From the NCBI GenBank assembly GCA_039028615.1, contig JBCCHT010000011.1, forward strand, positions 32,001-96,000: 64,000 bases of DNA, given 5' to 3'. Made by a program: the position numbers and the translations under genes. Under the pieces are notes generated by a model. That model did not search any database. It was not told where the DNA came from and saw nothing but the letters and a program-made list of their open reading frames with translations. The first letter of the stretch is position 1. The number at the start of each line of letters is the position of its first letter. This document shows, piece after piece, positions 55,812 through 64,000 of this stretch. The DNA comes from Myxococcota bacterium (GTDB lineage Bacteria > Myxococcota_A > Polyangia > Nannocystales > Nannocystaceae).

Positions 55812-56459
55812 GTGAACGCCCCAAACCCCACCGCGGTCCGAACTTCGGATCTGACGATTCGGCGGGGCGGAATGGTGATCTTGGCGGACGTCTCGCTGGA
55901 GATCGGCGCTGGGGTCTTTGCCCTGCTCGGGGACAACGGCACGGGCAAGTCGACCCTGCTGCGGGCTCTGGCCGGCATCCAGCCCCCGGCCACGGGCACC
56001 GTGCACCTCGATGGCCACGACCTGTGGCACGAGCCGATCGCCGCACGCCGAGCCATGGGCTACCTGCCCGAGAGTCCCGACCTGTTTCCCTATCTCACCG
56101 CGCGGGAGCTACTGCACACCGCCAACGGGGTTCGGGGCCTGCCTCCCGAGACGGGCGAGGCCCAGTTCAGCCGCTGGGTACGCCCCGAGGCGCTCGATCT
56201 GCGCATCGGATCGCTGTCGGCCGGCCAGCGCCGCAAGCTCGCGCTCGTCGCCGCCACCGCCCATGAGCCGCGCATCGTGCTGCTCGACGAGCCCGCCAAT
56301 ACCCTCGACGAGGCCGCCACCGCCGACCTGACGCAGATGCTGGTGGAGTGGCGCGATGCCGGGCGGACCGTGATTGCCGCCACCCATCGGCCCGATGCCC
56401 TCGACGGCATCTGCGATGGCCGATTGCGCGTCGCCGACCACACCGTCGTCCGGTCGTGA
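55812..56459 (+). CDS. ABC transporter ATP-binding protein
   Basis: GDNGTGKST, LSAGQ, LLDEP, ATH. Confidence 0.92.
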   Translation: MNAPNPTAVRTSDLTIRRGGMVILADVSLEIGAGVFALLGDNGTGKSTLLRALAGIQPPATGTVHLDGHDLWHEPIAARRAMGYLPESPDLFPYLTARELLHTANGVRGLPPETGEAQFSRWVRPEALDLRIGSLSAGQRRKLALVAATAHEPRIVLLDEPANTLDEAATADLTQMLVEWRDAGRTVIAATHRPDALDGICDGRLRVADHTVVRS

Positions 56460-56617
56460 GCAGCCGGACGAACACCCGACAAAACTCGAGTAACCGCGAC
56501 TACGGTGGTGCGTATGTCAATGCACAGGGTTTAAGCCCGGCTTAAGCCGACGCTGCCCCGTCTCCGCCCTAGGCTCCAAGTGTCCTCGGACATCGCCCAC
56601 GGCCCCAGAGACCCGCC

Positions 56618-56821
56618 ATGCTCAGCTCCCTCGAGATCGCCGCCGCTGCCTTGTTCCTGCTGCTGTCTGCCGCTCTGCTGGCGATGTGGAGCTGGGCCGC
56701 GCCGAGCATGTGGACCGAGCTCGACCTGCGCGTCGCCCTGGGCTGCCTGGCCATGACCTGGCTCGGCGTGGCGTGGGCCCTGCCCCGCGGCGCCGCGGTG
56801 ACCGATCCACAGACTCCCTAG
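56618..56821 (+). CDS. Small two-TM membrane protein
   Basis: 67-aa hydrophobic ORF with GC3 bias. Confidence 0.55.
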   Translation: MLSSLEIAAAALFLLLSAALLAMWSWAAPSMWTELDLRVALGCLAMTWLGVAWALPRGAAVTDPQTP

Positions 56822-56996
56822 CTCCGTACTCCCAACGACTCCATTTTCTCCCGAGAGGGATGACAACCCCCCCAACCTTCGACCCATCGAAACACCGCGA
56901 CCAGGAATGGTCGCCCCCTCGGTGCCCCTCGTCCTGACCGGCGGCAGGCACCTCCCGAAGACCCGGGACTCGCCCTCGACGGGGCAGACGGCATCA

Positions 56997-57040
56997 CAAC
57001 GAAAAGGAGCCGCGCGCGGGCCGACCACCCGCAGCGCGGC
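56997..57040 (-). terminator. Rho-independent terminator oriented for a minus-strand transcript
   Basis: 12-bp GC stem (57009-57040, one bulge) followed on the minus strand by TCCTTTTCGTT. Confidence 0.55.
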
Positions 57041-57050
57041 CCGCCCACCG

Positions 57051-57196
57051 GGACCCGGGCGAAGGGCCCGATGCGAGCCTCGCCGAGCCGGGAGTGCGTA
57101 CCCGACTTCATGGCAGTTCTGTGGGGGAATCGTGTGCAACTCGTGGCACGCTCCCCCGGTCTGCGCGGCATCGCATCGAGCCTTTCGCCCGGGTCC
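57051..57196. ncRNA. Candidate structured RNA / long imperfect palindrome
   Basis: 57051-57076 pairs with 57171-57196 (24/26) and pairing continues inward to a small loop; a T8 run follows on the + strand. Confidence 0.4.
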
Positions 57197-57395
57197 AACT
57201 TTTTTTTCGGGCCCCGTACGTAGGCATCAGCGTGCACACGACACGGATGTCGCGGCGACCCGGGCCCCATGGCCAGGCCGAGCCCCGATCTAGGTGCGGT
57301 GTGGCGAGCCACCACGACATCATTGTCAGCGCCACGGGCCCTTGGCGCCCGATCCGGCCCTGAATAAGACCCCCCGGTGGCTAGGTCGAACGAGC

Positions 57396-57830
57396 ATGCT
57401 GTCGCTCGCAGCTTCCGACTCCACCGCCCACGGCTCGCGAACCCACTACGTCTACGCGCGGCCCCAGCAGCTCGAGAGCCACCTCGCGCAAACGCGCCGA
57501 GATTCCCGCCACGAGGACATGCTCCTCGGCTGCCTGCTCGCCGGCAAAGTCTACGTCGTCGACTACGAGATCATCCTCGACCACGAAGGCCCCTGCTTCG
57601 AGCTTTGCCCCGATCGCATGAACGGCCAGCCCACCCTCGCCGTGTACACCTCCCGCGATCAGATCCCCGCGCACCGCGATCCCATGGAGGCCGAGGCCAT
57701 GCCCTTCGCCGAGATCCTCCAAGAGCTCGACGCCGAAGCCAGCGTGGTCCTCAATCCCGCCAGCCCCCTCGCCCACCGCATCGGCGCCGACGAGCTCCAC
57801 ATGCTGCGGCGCGTGCTCGCGACGGACTGA
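57396..57830 (+). CDS. SseB-like family protein
   Basis: LAVYTS...I ... MPF.E....L......VVLNP.S. Confidence 0.7.
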   Translation: MLSLAASDSTAHGSRTHYVYARPQQLESHLAQTRRDSRHEDMLLGCLLAGKVYVVDYEIILDHEGPCFELCPDRMNGQPTLAVYTSRDQIPAHRDPMEAEAMPFAEILQELDAEASVVLNPASPLAHRIGADELHMLRRVLATD

Positions 57831-57860
57831 AGGCGACCACCGCCAGACCGAGGCGCCGCG

Positions 57861-57904
57861 AAACAAGAGGCCCGTGCTGCGATGCAGCGCGGGCCTTTGT
57901 TCGT
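57861..57904. terminator. Bidirectional hairpin terminator, copy 1
   Basis: AAACAAGA-GGCCCGTGCTGC-gat-GCAGCGCGGGCC-TTTGTTCGT. Confidence 0.7.
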
Positions 57905-58055
57905 CTCGTGAGGCCGCCCTCCCGACGCCCCAGGTCGACGCTTCGAGCGCCGCCACCAGACCGGCTCGGCGCGATACCGCGACGACGTCGGAGCCCTCCG
58001 GCGCGTGACGAGAACGGGCTTGCTGGTGCGATGAGGTTCGTTCTAAGAAAACACC

Positions 58056-58481
58056 ATGGTCAAAACGATGATGTACCGTGTCATCGGATCCATCTTCGTC
58101 GTCGTGCACACGGACGCGGCTCCCGGTGCCGATGAGTGGTCGGAGTACCTCGCGTACTATCGCGAAAACGCCCACGGGAAGGCCACCCTCGTCGTGACGG
58201 ATGGTGGGGGTCCCAACGCGAAGCAACGGGCGATGGTCAACGAGTTTCTCGAGAAGACGGACATGAAGCCGAAGATCGCGATCTGCACCGACCGGCGGGT
58301 CACGCGGGGGATCGTCACGGCCCTCGGATGGTTCAACAAGAACATCCGCGTCTACGCCACGCAGGACTCGGACATCGAGGAAGCGCTGATGTACCTCGGC
58401 GTTGCTGGCTCCGACGGAGCAACCACCGTGAGCGCAGTTCGGGGGCTTCGGCAGGAGCTGGTGGAGCTCGCCGCGAGTTGA
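58056..58481 (+). CDS. Myxobacterial STAS/SEC14-like hypothetical protein
   Basis: P..DEW..YL, LVVTDGGGPNA.QR, RGIVTALGWFN, AL.YLG. Confidence 0.7.
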   Translation: MVKTMMYRVIGSIFVVVHTDAAPGADEWSEYLAYYRENAHGKATLVVTDGGGPNAKQRAMVNEFLEKTDMKPKIAICTDRRVTRGIVTALGWFNKNIRVYATQDSDIEEALMYLGVAGSDGATTVSAVRGLRQELVELAAS

Positions 58482-58549
58482 CGGCACGGCAGGCTCCGGC
58501 GCCGCCCTTCCAGACCGCGACCAGTGAGGGTGGTCGCAGCGCTCAATCC

Positions 58550-58592
58550 AAACGAAAAGGCCCGTGCTGCAAGCAGCGCGGGCCTTGTTCGT
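58550..58592. terminator. Bidirectional hairpin terminator, copy 2 (downstream of gyrA)
   Basis: AAACGAAAA-GGCCCGTGCTGC-aa-GCAGCGCGGGCC-TTGTTCGT between convergent genes. Confidence 0.75.
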
Positions 58593-58611
58593 GGGTGGAC
58601 GAGCGGCTCGA

Positions 58612-61314
58612 CTACGCGTCGGCGTCCTCGGAGGAGTCTTCGTCGGTGGCGTCGGCAGCCTCGGTGGCCTCGCCGCCCTCGGCAGCCTCGCCCTCGACAA
58701 CCTCGCCCTCGATCACCTCGGCCTCGGCGACGTCGTCGTCGCTGTCGTCGACCATGCGAGCTGCGGCCACGACACGCTCGCCGTCGCTCATGCGGATGAT
58801 CCGAACCCCCTGAGTGTTGCGGCCCAGCTCGCTGATGCCGCTGACGGGGGTGCGGATGACCTTGCCCTCGCTGGTGATGAGGATGATCTGATCGTCGGGG
58901 TGGACGAGTAGATTCTCGACGACGGGGCCGTTGCGATCGTTGACCTTGATGGTGATGAGGCCCAGGCCAGCGCGGCTCTGGGTGCGGTACTCGCTGGCCG
59001 AGGTGCGCTTGCCGTAGCCGTTGAGGCAGATGGTGAGCACCTGCAGCGCCCCTTCGTCGGTGGCGGCGAGCCGGCTCATGGCGACGAGGGTGTCCTCGCC
59101 GCGCAGGCCCATGCCCCGCACGCCGCGGGCGTTGCGACCCATGGGGCGCACCGCGGACTCGTCGAAGCGAATGACCATGCCCCCCGCGCTGCTGAGCATG
59201 AGGTGCTGCTTGCCGTCGGTGAAGCGCACCGACATCAGGCGATCGTCCTCGTCGATGCTCACCGCGATGAGGCCGGTCTTGCGCATGTTGGCGTACTCGC
59301 TCAACTGGGTGCGCTTGACGTAGCCCTTCTTGGTGGCGGTGACGATGTAGTGGTCGTCGTCGACCTCGTCCTCGCGGTACGGGATCATCTCGAGCACCCG
59401 CTCGTCGGGGCGCATCTCGAGGAAGTTGACCAGCGCCTTGCCCGGGCCGTCGCGTCGGCCTTGCGGGAGCTCGAAGACCCGCTTGCGGAACACGCGGCCC
59501 GAGTTCGTGAACATCAGCAGCCACGAGTGGGCGCTGGCCTCGAGCACGGTGGTCACGAAGTCGTCGTCGGCACGACCGCCGCCGCTCTTGACGCCCTTGC
59601 CGCCGCGCGCCTGCACCCGATAGTCCTCGGTGGGCAGCCGCTTGATGTAGCCGTGGCGGGTGAGCATCACGACCATCGACTCGTCGGCGACCAGATCGAT
59701 GGCATCGATCTCGCCCTCGGCCTCGAGGATCTGAGTGCGGCGCGAGCCCTTGGAGCCGAGCTCGCCGTCGCCCGCCCCTTGGCCCTCGGGATCGCCGTAG
59801 GTGTGGCGGATCTCGAGCAGCTCGTCCCGGATGACCCGCATCAGCAGGCCCGTGTCGGCCAAGATGGCCTCCAGCCGGGTGATCTCGGCACACAGCTCGC
59901 GGTACTCGCCCTCGACCTTCTCGCGCTCGAGCCCGGTCAGCCGCTGCAGCCGCATGTCGAGGATGGCCTTGGCCTGGCGCTCGCTGAGGTTGTAGGGACG
60001 GCCCTTCGCCGCCTCGACCTCGGCCTCGGGTCGGTTACAGCGCTCGAGGAAAGGCGCGAACCCTTCGAGCGCCTCGCTCATCAACGCCTCGCGGGCCACC
60101 TCGGGGTTGGCCGAGCCGCGGATGATGGCGATGACCCGATCGATGGCATCGATGGCGACGCCCAGGCCCTCGACGATCTCGCGGCGCTCCTGGGCCTTGC
60201 GCAGATCGAACTTGGTGCGGCGGGTGACCACCGTGCGGCGGTGGTCGATGAACGAGACCAGCGCGTCCTTGAGCGTCAGGACCTGCGGGCGCCCGTGCAC
60301 GATGGCGATCATGTTGACCCCGAACGAGGTCTGGAGATCGGTCATCTTGTACAGGTTGTTGAGCACCACCTGGCCGGCCGAGTCACGCTTGATCTGAATC
60401 CAGATCCGCATGCCCGTGCGGTCGCTGTAGTCCTGCACGTCGCTGATGCCCTCGAGTCGCTTCTCGCGGACCAGGGCCGCGATGCGCTCGATGAGCCGGG
60501 TCTTGTTGACCTGATAGGGGATCTCGGTGACGACGATGGACTCGCGGCCCTTGGCGTCTTCCTCGATCTCGCAGCGGGCTCGCACCACGATGCTGCCGCG
60601 CCCCGTGGCGTAGGCGGAGCGAATCCCCGCGCGGCCGATGATGAAGCCCCCGGTGGGGAAATCTGGGCCCTTGACGTACTCGAGCAGGTCGAGGATCTCG
60701 AGCTCGGGGTTGTCGATGAGGGCGATCACCGCGTCCACCACCTCGGTGAGGTTGTGGGGCGGGATGTTGGTGGCCATGCCCACCGCGATGCCGACGGCAC
60801 CGTTGAGCAGCAGGTTGGGAAGCTTGGTCGGGAGGACGGAAGGCTCGAGCTCCTTCTCGTCGTAGTTCGGCACCCAGTCGATGGTGTCTTTTTCGATGTC
60901 GGCCAAAAGCTCCGAGGCGAGCTTTTGCATCCGCACCTCGGTGTACCGCATCGCGGCCGGCGAATCGCCGTCGACCGAGCCGAAGTTGCCCTGCCCGTCG
61001 ACCAGCGGGTAGCGCATGGAGAAGTCCTGAGCCAGGCGGACCAGCGCGTCGTAGACCGCCGAGTCACCGTGCGGGTGGTACTTGCCGATGACGTCACCGA
61101 CCACGCGCGCCGATTTCTTGTACGGCTGCTGGTGGGTGTTCCGCAGCTGGTGCATCGCGTAGAGGATGCGGCGGTGCACCGGCTTGAGCCCGTCCCGGGC
61201 ATCGGGCAGAGCCCGGGAAATGATGACGCTCATTGCGTAGTCCAAAAAGGAGCTACGCATCTCGTCTTCGATGTTCAGCGCGGTCTTTTGGTCGCTCACC
61301 ATGACGGTCGGCAC
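58612..61314 (-). CDS. gyrA: DNA gyrase subunit A
   Basis: [41 protein letters not shown], GyrA-box QARGGKG, pinwheel repeats, acidic tail. Confidence 0.98.
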   Translation of the reverse strand: MPTVMVSDQKTALNIEDEMRSSFLDYAMSVIISRALPDARDGLKPVHRRILYAMHQLRNTHQQPYKKSARVVGDVIGKYHPHGDSAVYDALVRLAQDFSMRYPLVDGQGNFGSVDGDSPAAMRYTEVRMQKLASELLADIEKDTIDWVPNYDEKELEPSVLPTKLPNLLLNGAVGIAVGMATNIPPHNLTEVVDAVIALIDNPELEILDLLEYVKGPDFPTGGFIIGRAGIRSAYATGRGSIVVRARCEIEEDAKGRESIVVTEIPYQVNKTRLIERIAALVREKRLEGISDVQDYSDRTGMRIWIQIKRDSAGQVVLNNLYKMTDLQTSFGVNMIAIVHGRPQVLTLKDALVSFIDHRRTVVTRRTKFDLRKAQERREIVEGLGVAIDAIDRVIAIIRGSANPEVAREALMSEALEGFAPFLERCNRPEAEVEAAKGRPYNLSERQAKAILDMRLQRLTGLEREKVEGEYRELCAEITRLEAILADTGLLMRVIRDELLEIRHTYGDPEGQGAGDGELGSKGSRRTQILEAEGEIDAIDLVADESMVVMLTRHGYIKRLPTEDYRVQARGGKGVKSGGGRADDDFVTTVLEASAHSWLLMFTNSGRVFRKRVFELPQGRRDGPGKALVNFLEMRPDERVLEMIPYREDEVDDDHYIVTATKKGYVKRTQLSEYANMRKTGLIAVSIDEDDRLMSVRFTDGKQHLMLSSAGGMVIRFDESAVRPMGRNARGVRGMGLRGEDTLVAMSRLAATDEGALQVLTICLNGYGKRTSASEYRTQSRAGLGLITIKVNDRNGPVVENLLVHPDDQIILITSEGKVIRTPVSGISELGRNTQGVRIIRMSDGERVVAAARMVDDSDDDVAEAEVIEGEVVEGEAAEGGEATEAADATDEDSSEDADA

Positions 61315-61462
61315 GGGCCCCGCGTACGGCGGCCGGGCGGCAAAGGATACCCCCGGGCTCCCTGAGGGAAAAGCCGGCTCGATGAGGCCATACGAGGCCG
61401 AATTCGGGACTTTAGGGGATCGCCCCAGGCGGCGACCGTCGGCGATGTGTTACCGAGGAGAC

Positions 61463-61858
61463 ATGACGGGCAGCAAGTTCGTCCAGGTCCTGAAGGTCGA
61501 GGATTTTCGCATCGAGTCCGGCGTCGAGGCCGTACCGACGGGACGGGGCGCCGCGACGGTCCGAAATTTCGTCCGGATCTGGCTGATGGGCTCGCCCGCC
61601 GTCGCCCACTCGCGGGTGACCAACGCCTTCCTCGAAGCGCGCTCCGACTGGGGCGAGCCTTCGGTGCCGAGCTTTGATTTTTCGGGGAACCGGATCTTGA
61701 TCGGCTACGCGATGGGCGGGATCGAGGCGGTCGTCTCGATGCTGAGCGGAGGGGCCGAGGTGTTCTGCCAGTATCGCGAGTTCGACGGCGGCGGCGTGTA
61801 TGCCGGGGTGTATCGGGCGCAAGGGGCTGGGGATCAGCACTGGGTGCCGGCCGGGTAG
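61463..61858 (+). CDS. Hypothetical protein
   Basis: GAGGAG RBS + ATG; 131-aa ORF divergent from gyrA. Confidence 0.6.
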   Translation: MTGSKFVQVLKVEDFRIESGVEAVPTGRGAATVRNFVRIWLMGSPAVAHSRVTNAFLEARSDWGEPSVPSFDFSGNRILIGYAMGGIEAVVSMLSGGAEVFCQYREFDGGGVYAGVYRAQGAGDQHWVPAG

Positions 61859-61868
61859 CGCACCCGGC

Positions 61869-62360
61869 TCAGTGGGTCCCGTTGCCGACGCGCAGCACGT
61901 GCCCGTCGAGGTCCTCGACCCACATCTCCCGCAGCCCCCACTCCTCGTCCTTCGGCGGCCGTAGGATCTTTGCCCCGCGGTCGAGGTACTCGCGCCAGAC
62001 CTCGTCGACGTCCCGCACCAAGATACTCATGTAGGTGCCGGCCCGGCCCTGGCACTGCTCGCAGAAGTAGACGTCGACGTGTCCACGGCGGACGCCGGCG
62101 AAGGTGGCCGGGTTGCCCCACTCCCACGCGACCTGGAAACCGAGCACGTCGCGGTAGTGACGGAGGCTGGCCTGGAGATCGTCGACGGCAAAGATCGGTA
62201 CGGCGCACAGGAATTGGTCGTCGCCGTCGGCGGCAGCGGGCATGGCGGCGCTTTGCTCGAGGCAGGCCTTCATCTGGGCGACGGCGGGGGGCTCGGGCTC
62301 CGAGCTGCCGCAGGCGGTCAACAGCGCGAGCGAGAGCCCGAGGGTCATCCGATTCCTCAT
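61869..62360 (-). CDS. VOC / bleomycin-resistance-like protein with lipoprotein signal
   Basis: LLTAC lipobox; P.F.VDDL..SL..YRD.LGF...WEWG.P, P.DE.WG.RE..V.D.DGH.LR.G. Confidence 0.8.
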   Translation of the reverse strand: MRNRMTLGLSLALLTACGSSEPEPPAVAQMKACLEQSAAMPAAADGDDQFLCAVPIFAVDDLQASLRHYRDVLGFQVAWEWGNPATFAGVRRGHVDVYFCEQCQGRAGTYMSILVRDVDEVWREYLDRGAKILRPPKDEEWGLREMWVEDLDGHVLRVGNGTH

Positions 62361-62462
62361 TCCGAGACGATAGCAATCGTATTGTCCCGACGTCCGCGAC
62401 CATGCCAGGCTGCCCGCGGCCCAGTTCGACCCCCGGCCCCCCCCCTCACCTCTACCGTCGCC

Positions 62463-64000
62463 ATGCTCCGTCGTGCTCTTCACGCCCTCCCGCTCCTGCT
62501 CCCGACCCTCGGCTGCCGACCCACGCCCGTCGACATGCCCGAGCCCCCACCTCAGGTGACGGACACGGTGCTCCCGGCCGGCCGCGACGAGCCGCCTGCC
62601 GGCACGGCGGACCCGACCGGTGCGCCGCCGACGATGGCGGGCGTGACCTACGACCCGAAGGCGGACCCGCGCAACGCGGAGGGCTGGGACCTGGCGGCCA
62701 AGCGTCGGCCCGATGATCCGGCGGACCGCCGCAAGGCTGCGTTCGACATCGCGACGCTCTACGAGCTGGCGGGGATCGGCGGGCTGAGCTGGTCGCCCGA
62801 TGGCACGCACCTGCTGTACACGGTCACTCGGCACGACCTCCCAAAGGGTCGCTCCAACACGGACATCTGGCTGGCCGATCCCGGGGCGGGCACGACCCGT
62901 CGCCTGACCTCGCACAAGGCGTACGACGGCGCAGTGACCTGGGCGCCCGACGGCCGGAGCTTTGCGTTCGTCTCGAGCCGCAAGGACGGCTCGCAGCTGT
63001 GGCGCATGGCGATCGACGGCGGCGAGCCGGAGCAGCTGACCTCGATCTCCACGGGGATCATCGAGCCCCGCTGGTCGCCCGACGGCAGCCGCATCGCGTT
63101 CGGTTCGAAGGTGTTCCCCGAGCACGGGGCCGACGACGCGGCCAACCGTGCGGAGCTCGACTCCATCGCGGGCAGCCCGGTCAAGGCCCACGTGGCCGAC
63201 GAGCTGCTCTACCGCCACTGGACACGATTCGACGACGGCCGCCGTGAACACCTGATGGTGCTCGACCTGCAGTCGGAGGAGATCATCGACATCACGCCGG
63301 GCGAGCACGACTCCCCGACGTTCCGCCTGGGTGACCCCGGCTTCGCGTTCTCGCCCGACGGCAAGGAGATCTGCTTCGTCAGCAATCGTGACGAGGCGCG
63401 GGTTCAGGCGTGGTCCACCAACAAGGACCTGTACGTCGTGCCGGTCACGGGTGGAAAGGCCCGGCTGCTCACGGGCAGCAACCCCGCCTACGACGGACAC
63501 CCGACGTACTCACCCGACGGGCGCTTGATCGCGTACCTGCGTCAGGCCCAGCCCGGCTACGAGTCCGACGAGTTCGAGCTCGCGCTGTACGATCGTGAAA
63601 AGGGCGGTACGACCATCCTGACGGAGGCGTTCCCCAACTGGATCACCGATCTGCGCTGGGCCGCCGATTCGAGCCACCTCATCGTGCAGGCCCCCATCGA
63701 GGGCCGGACGCCGCTACTGCGCGTGCCCGTGGACGGCGGGGCCATCGAGCCCCTCGCGCTGCCGTCGGCCCGCGGCTACGACGTCGCTCCGAGCGGTCAG
63801 CTGGCGTTCACGTTCAGCTCGGTGGGCGCGCCCGTCGAGCTGTTCGTCGCGGCCCCCGATGGCTCGAAGCCCACGCGACTCACGGGGCTCAACGACGAGA
63901 TCGTGGCCAGCCACGACATCCGGCCCGTCGAGGAGCTACGCGTGCCCGGGGCCGACGGCAAGCCGGTCCACGTGTTCGTGGTCAAGCCGCACGGCTATCG
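62463..64000 (+). CDS. S9 family (prolyl oligopeptidase / acylaminoacyl peptidase) lipoprotein, 3'-truncated
   Basis: ATG 62463, MLRRALHALPLLLPTLGC; repeated WSPDG/FSPDG (PD40) blades; ends at GADG..VH.FVVKP.GY just before the catalytic domain. Absent from the ORF track because there is no stop in the window. Confidence 0.85.
   Translation, partial: MLRRALHALPLLLPTLGCRPTPVDMPEPPPQVTDTVLPAGRDEPPAGTADPTGAPPTMAGVTYDPKADPRNAEGWDLAAKRRPDDPADRRKAAFDIATLYELAGIGGLSWSPDGTHLLYTVTRHDLPKGRSNTDIWLADPGAGTTRRLTSHKAYDGAVTWAPDGRSFAFVSSRKDGSQLWRMAIDGGEPEQLTSISTGIIEPRWSPDGSRIAFGSKVFPEHGADDAANRAELDSIAGSPVKAHVADELLYRHWTRFDDGRREHLMVLDLQSEEIIDITPGEHDSPTFRLGDPGFAFSPDGKEICFVSNRDEARVQAWSTNKDLYVVPVTGGKARLLTGSNPAYDGHPTYSPDGRLIAYLRQAQPGYESDEFELALYDREKGGTTILTEAFPNWITDLRWAADSSHLIVQAPIEGRTPLLRVPVDGGAIEPLALPSARGYDVAPSGQLAFTFSSVGAPVELFVAAPDGSKPTRLTGLNDEIVASHDIRPVEELRVPGADGKPVHVFVVKPHGY

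Noticed and set aside
57051..57196. SRP (4.5S) RNA or retron msr/msd identity for the long hairpin
   Set aside because: Lacks the SRP CAGG...GGAA...AGCAG core, and there is no reverse transcriptase in the window.
59203..61365. 720-aa + strand ORF
   Set aside because: Antisense to gyrA; typical high-GC shadow frame.
61869..63500. 543-aa minus-strand ORF as a single gene
   Set aside because: Only the last 163 codons (from 62360) look real; the rest is antisense to the S9 peptidase.

Overview
GC-rich bacterial chromosomal segment, most consistent with a myxobacterium (Nannocystaceae-like). This is inferred from the many Cys- or Thr/Gly-rich lipoproteins, Ser/Thr kinases with TPRs, and Cys-rich repeat + RCC1 proteins. 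About 70 genes can be supported. Recognisable genes include gyrA, queG, a NUDIX CoA pyrophosphatase, a cytochrome P450, two Ser/Thr kinases, an ECF sigma/anti-sigma pair, a MerR regulator with its dyad promoter, hotdog thioesterases, a sterol-desaturase-family protein, an MBL hydrolase and a partial S9 peptidase. No rRNA, tRNA or CRISPR array was seen. Highlights: (i) a three-gene cassette resembling T6SS accessory/effector modules that ends in a 4x IPT/TIG + phospholipase D fusion (25.7-30.0 kb); (ii) an operon encoding a VOC-domain protein fused to a histone-H1-like KKAPAAKK tail, followed by an apparently catalytically dead ketosynthase/chain-length-factor pair (41.0-44.1 kb); (iii) a probably leaderless two-gene HTH + CxxC/glycine-zipper module whose two proteins share a C-terminal helix motif (3.7-4.3 kb); (iv) a ~146-nt rod-like hairpin next to an orphan minus-strand terminator, a candidate ncRNA (57.0-57.2 kb); (v) an accessory stretch ending in a tyrosine-integrase remnant (35-40.2 kb). 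All product calls come from motif recognition by eye. No database searches were run.
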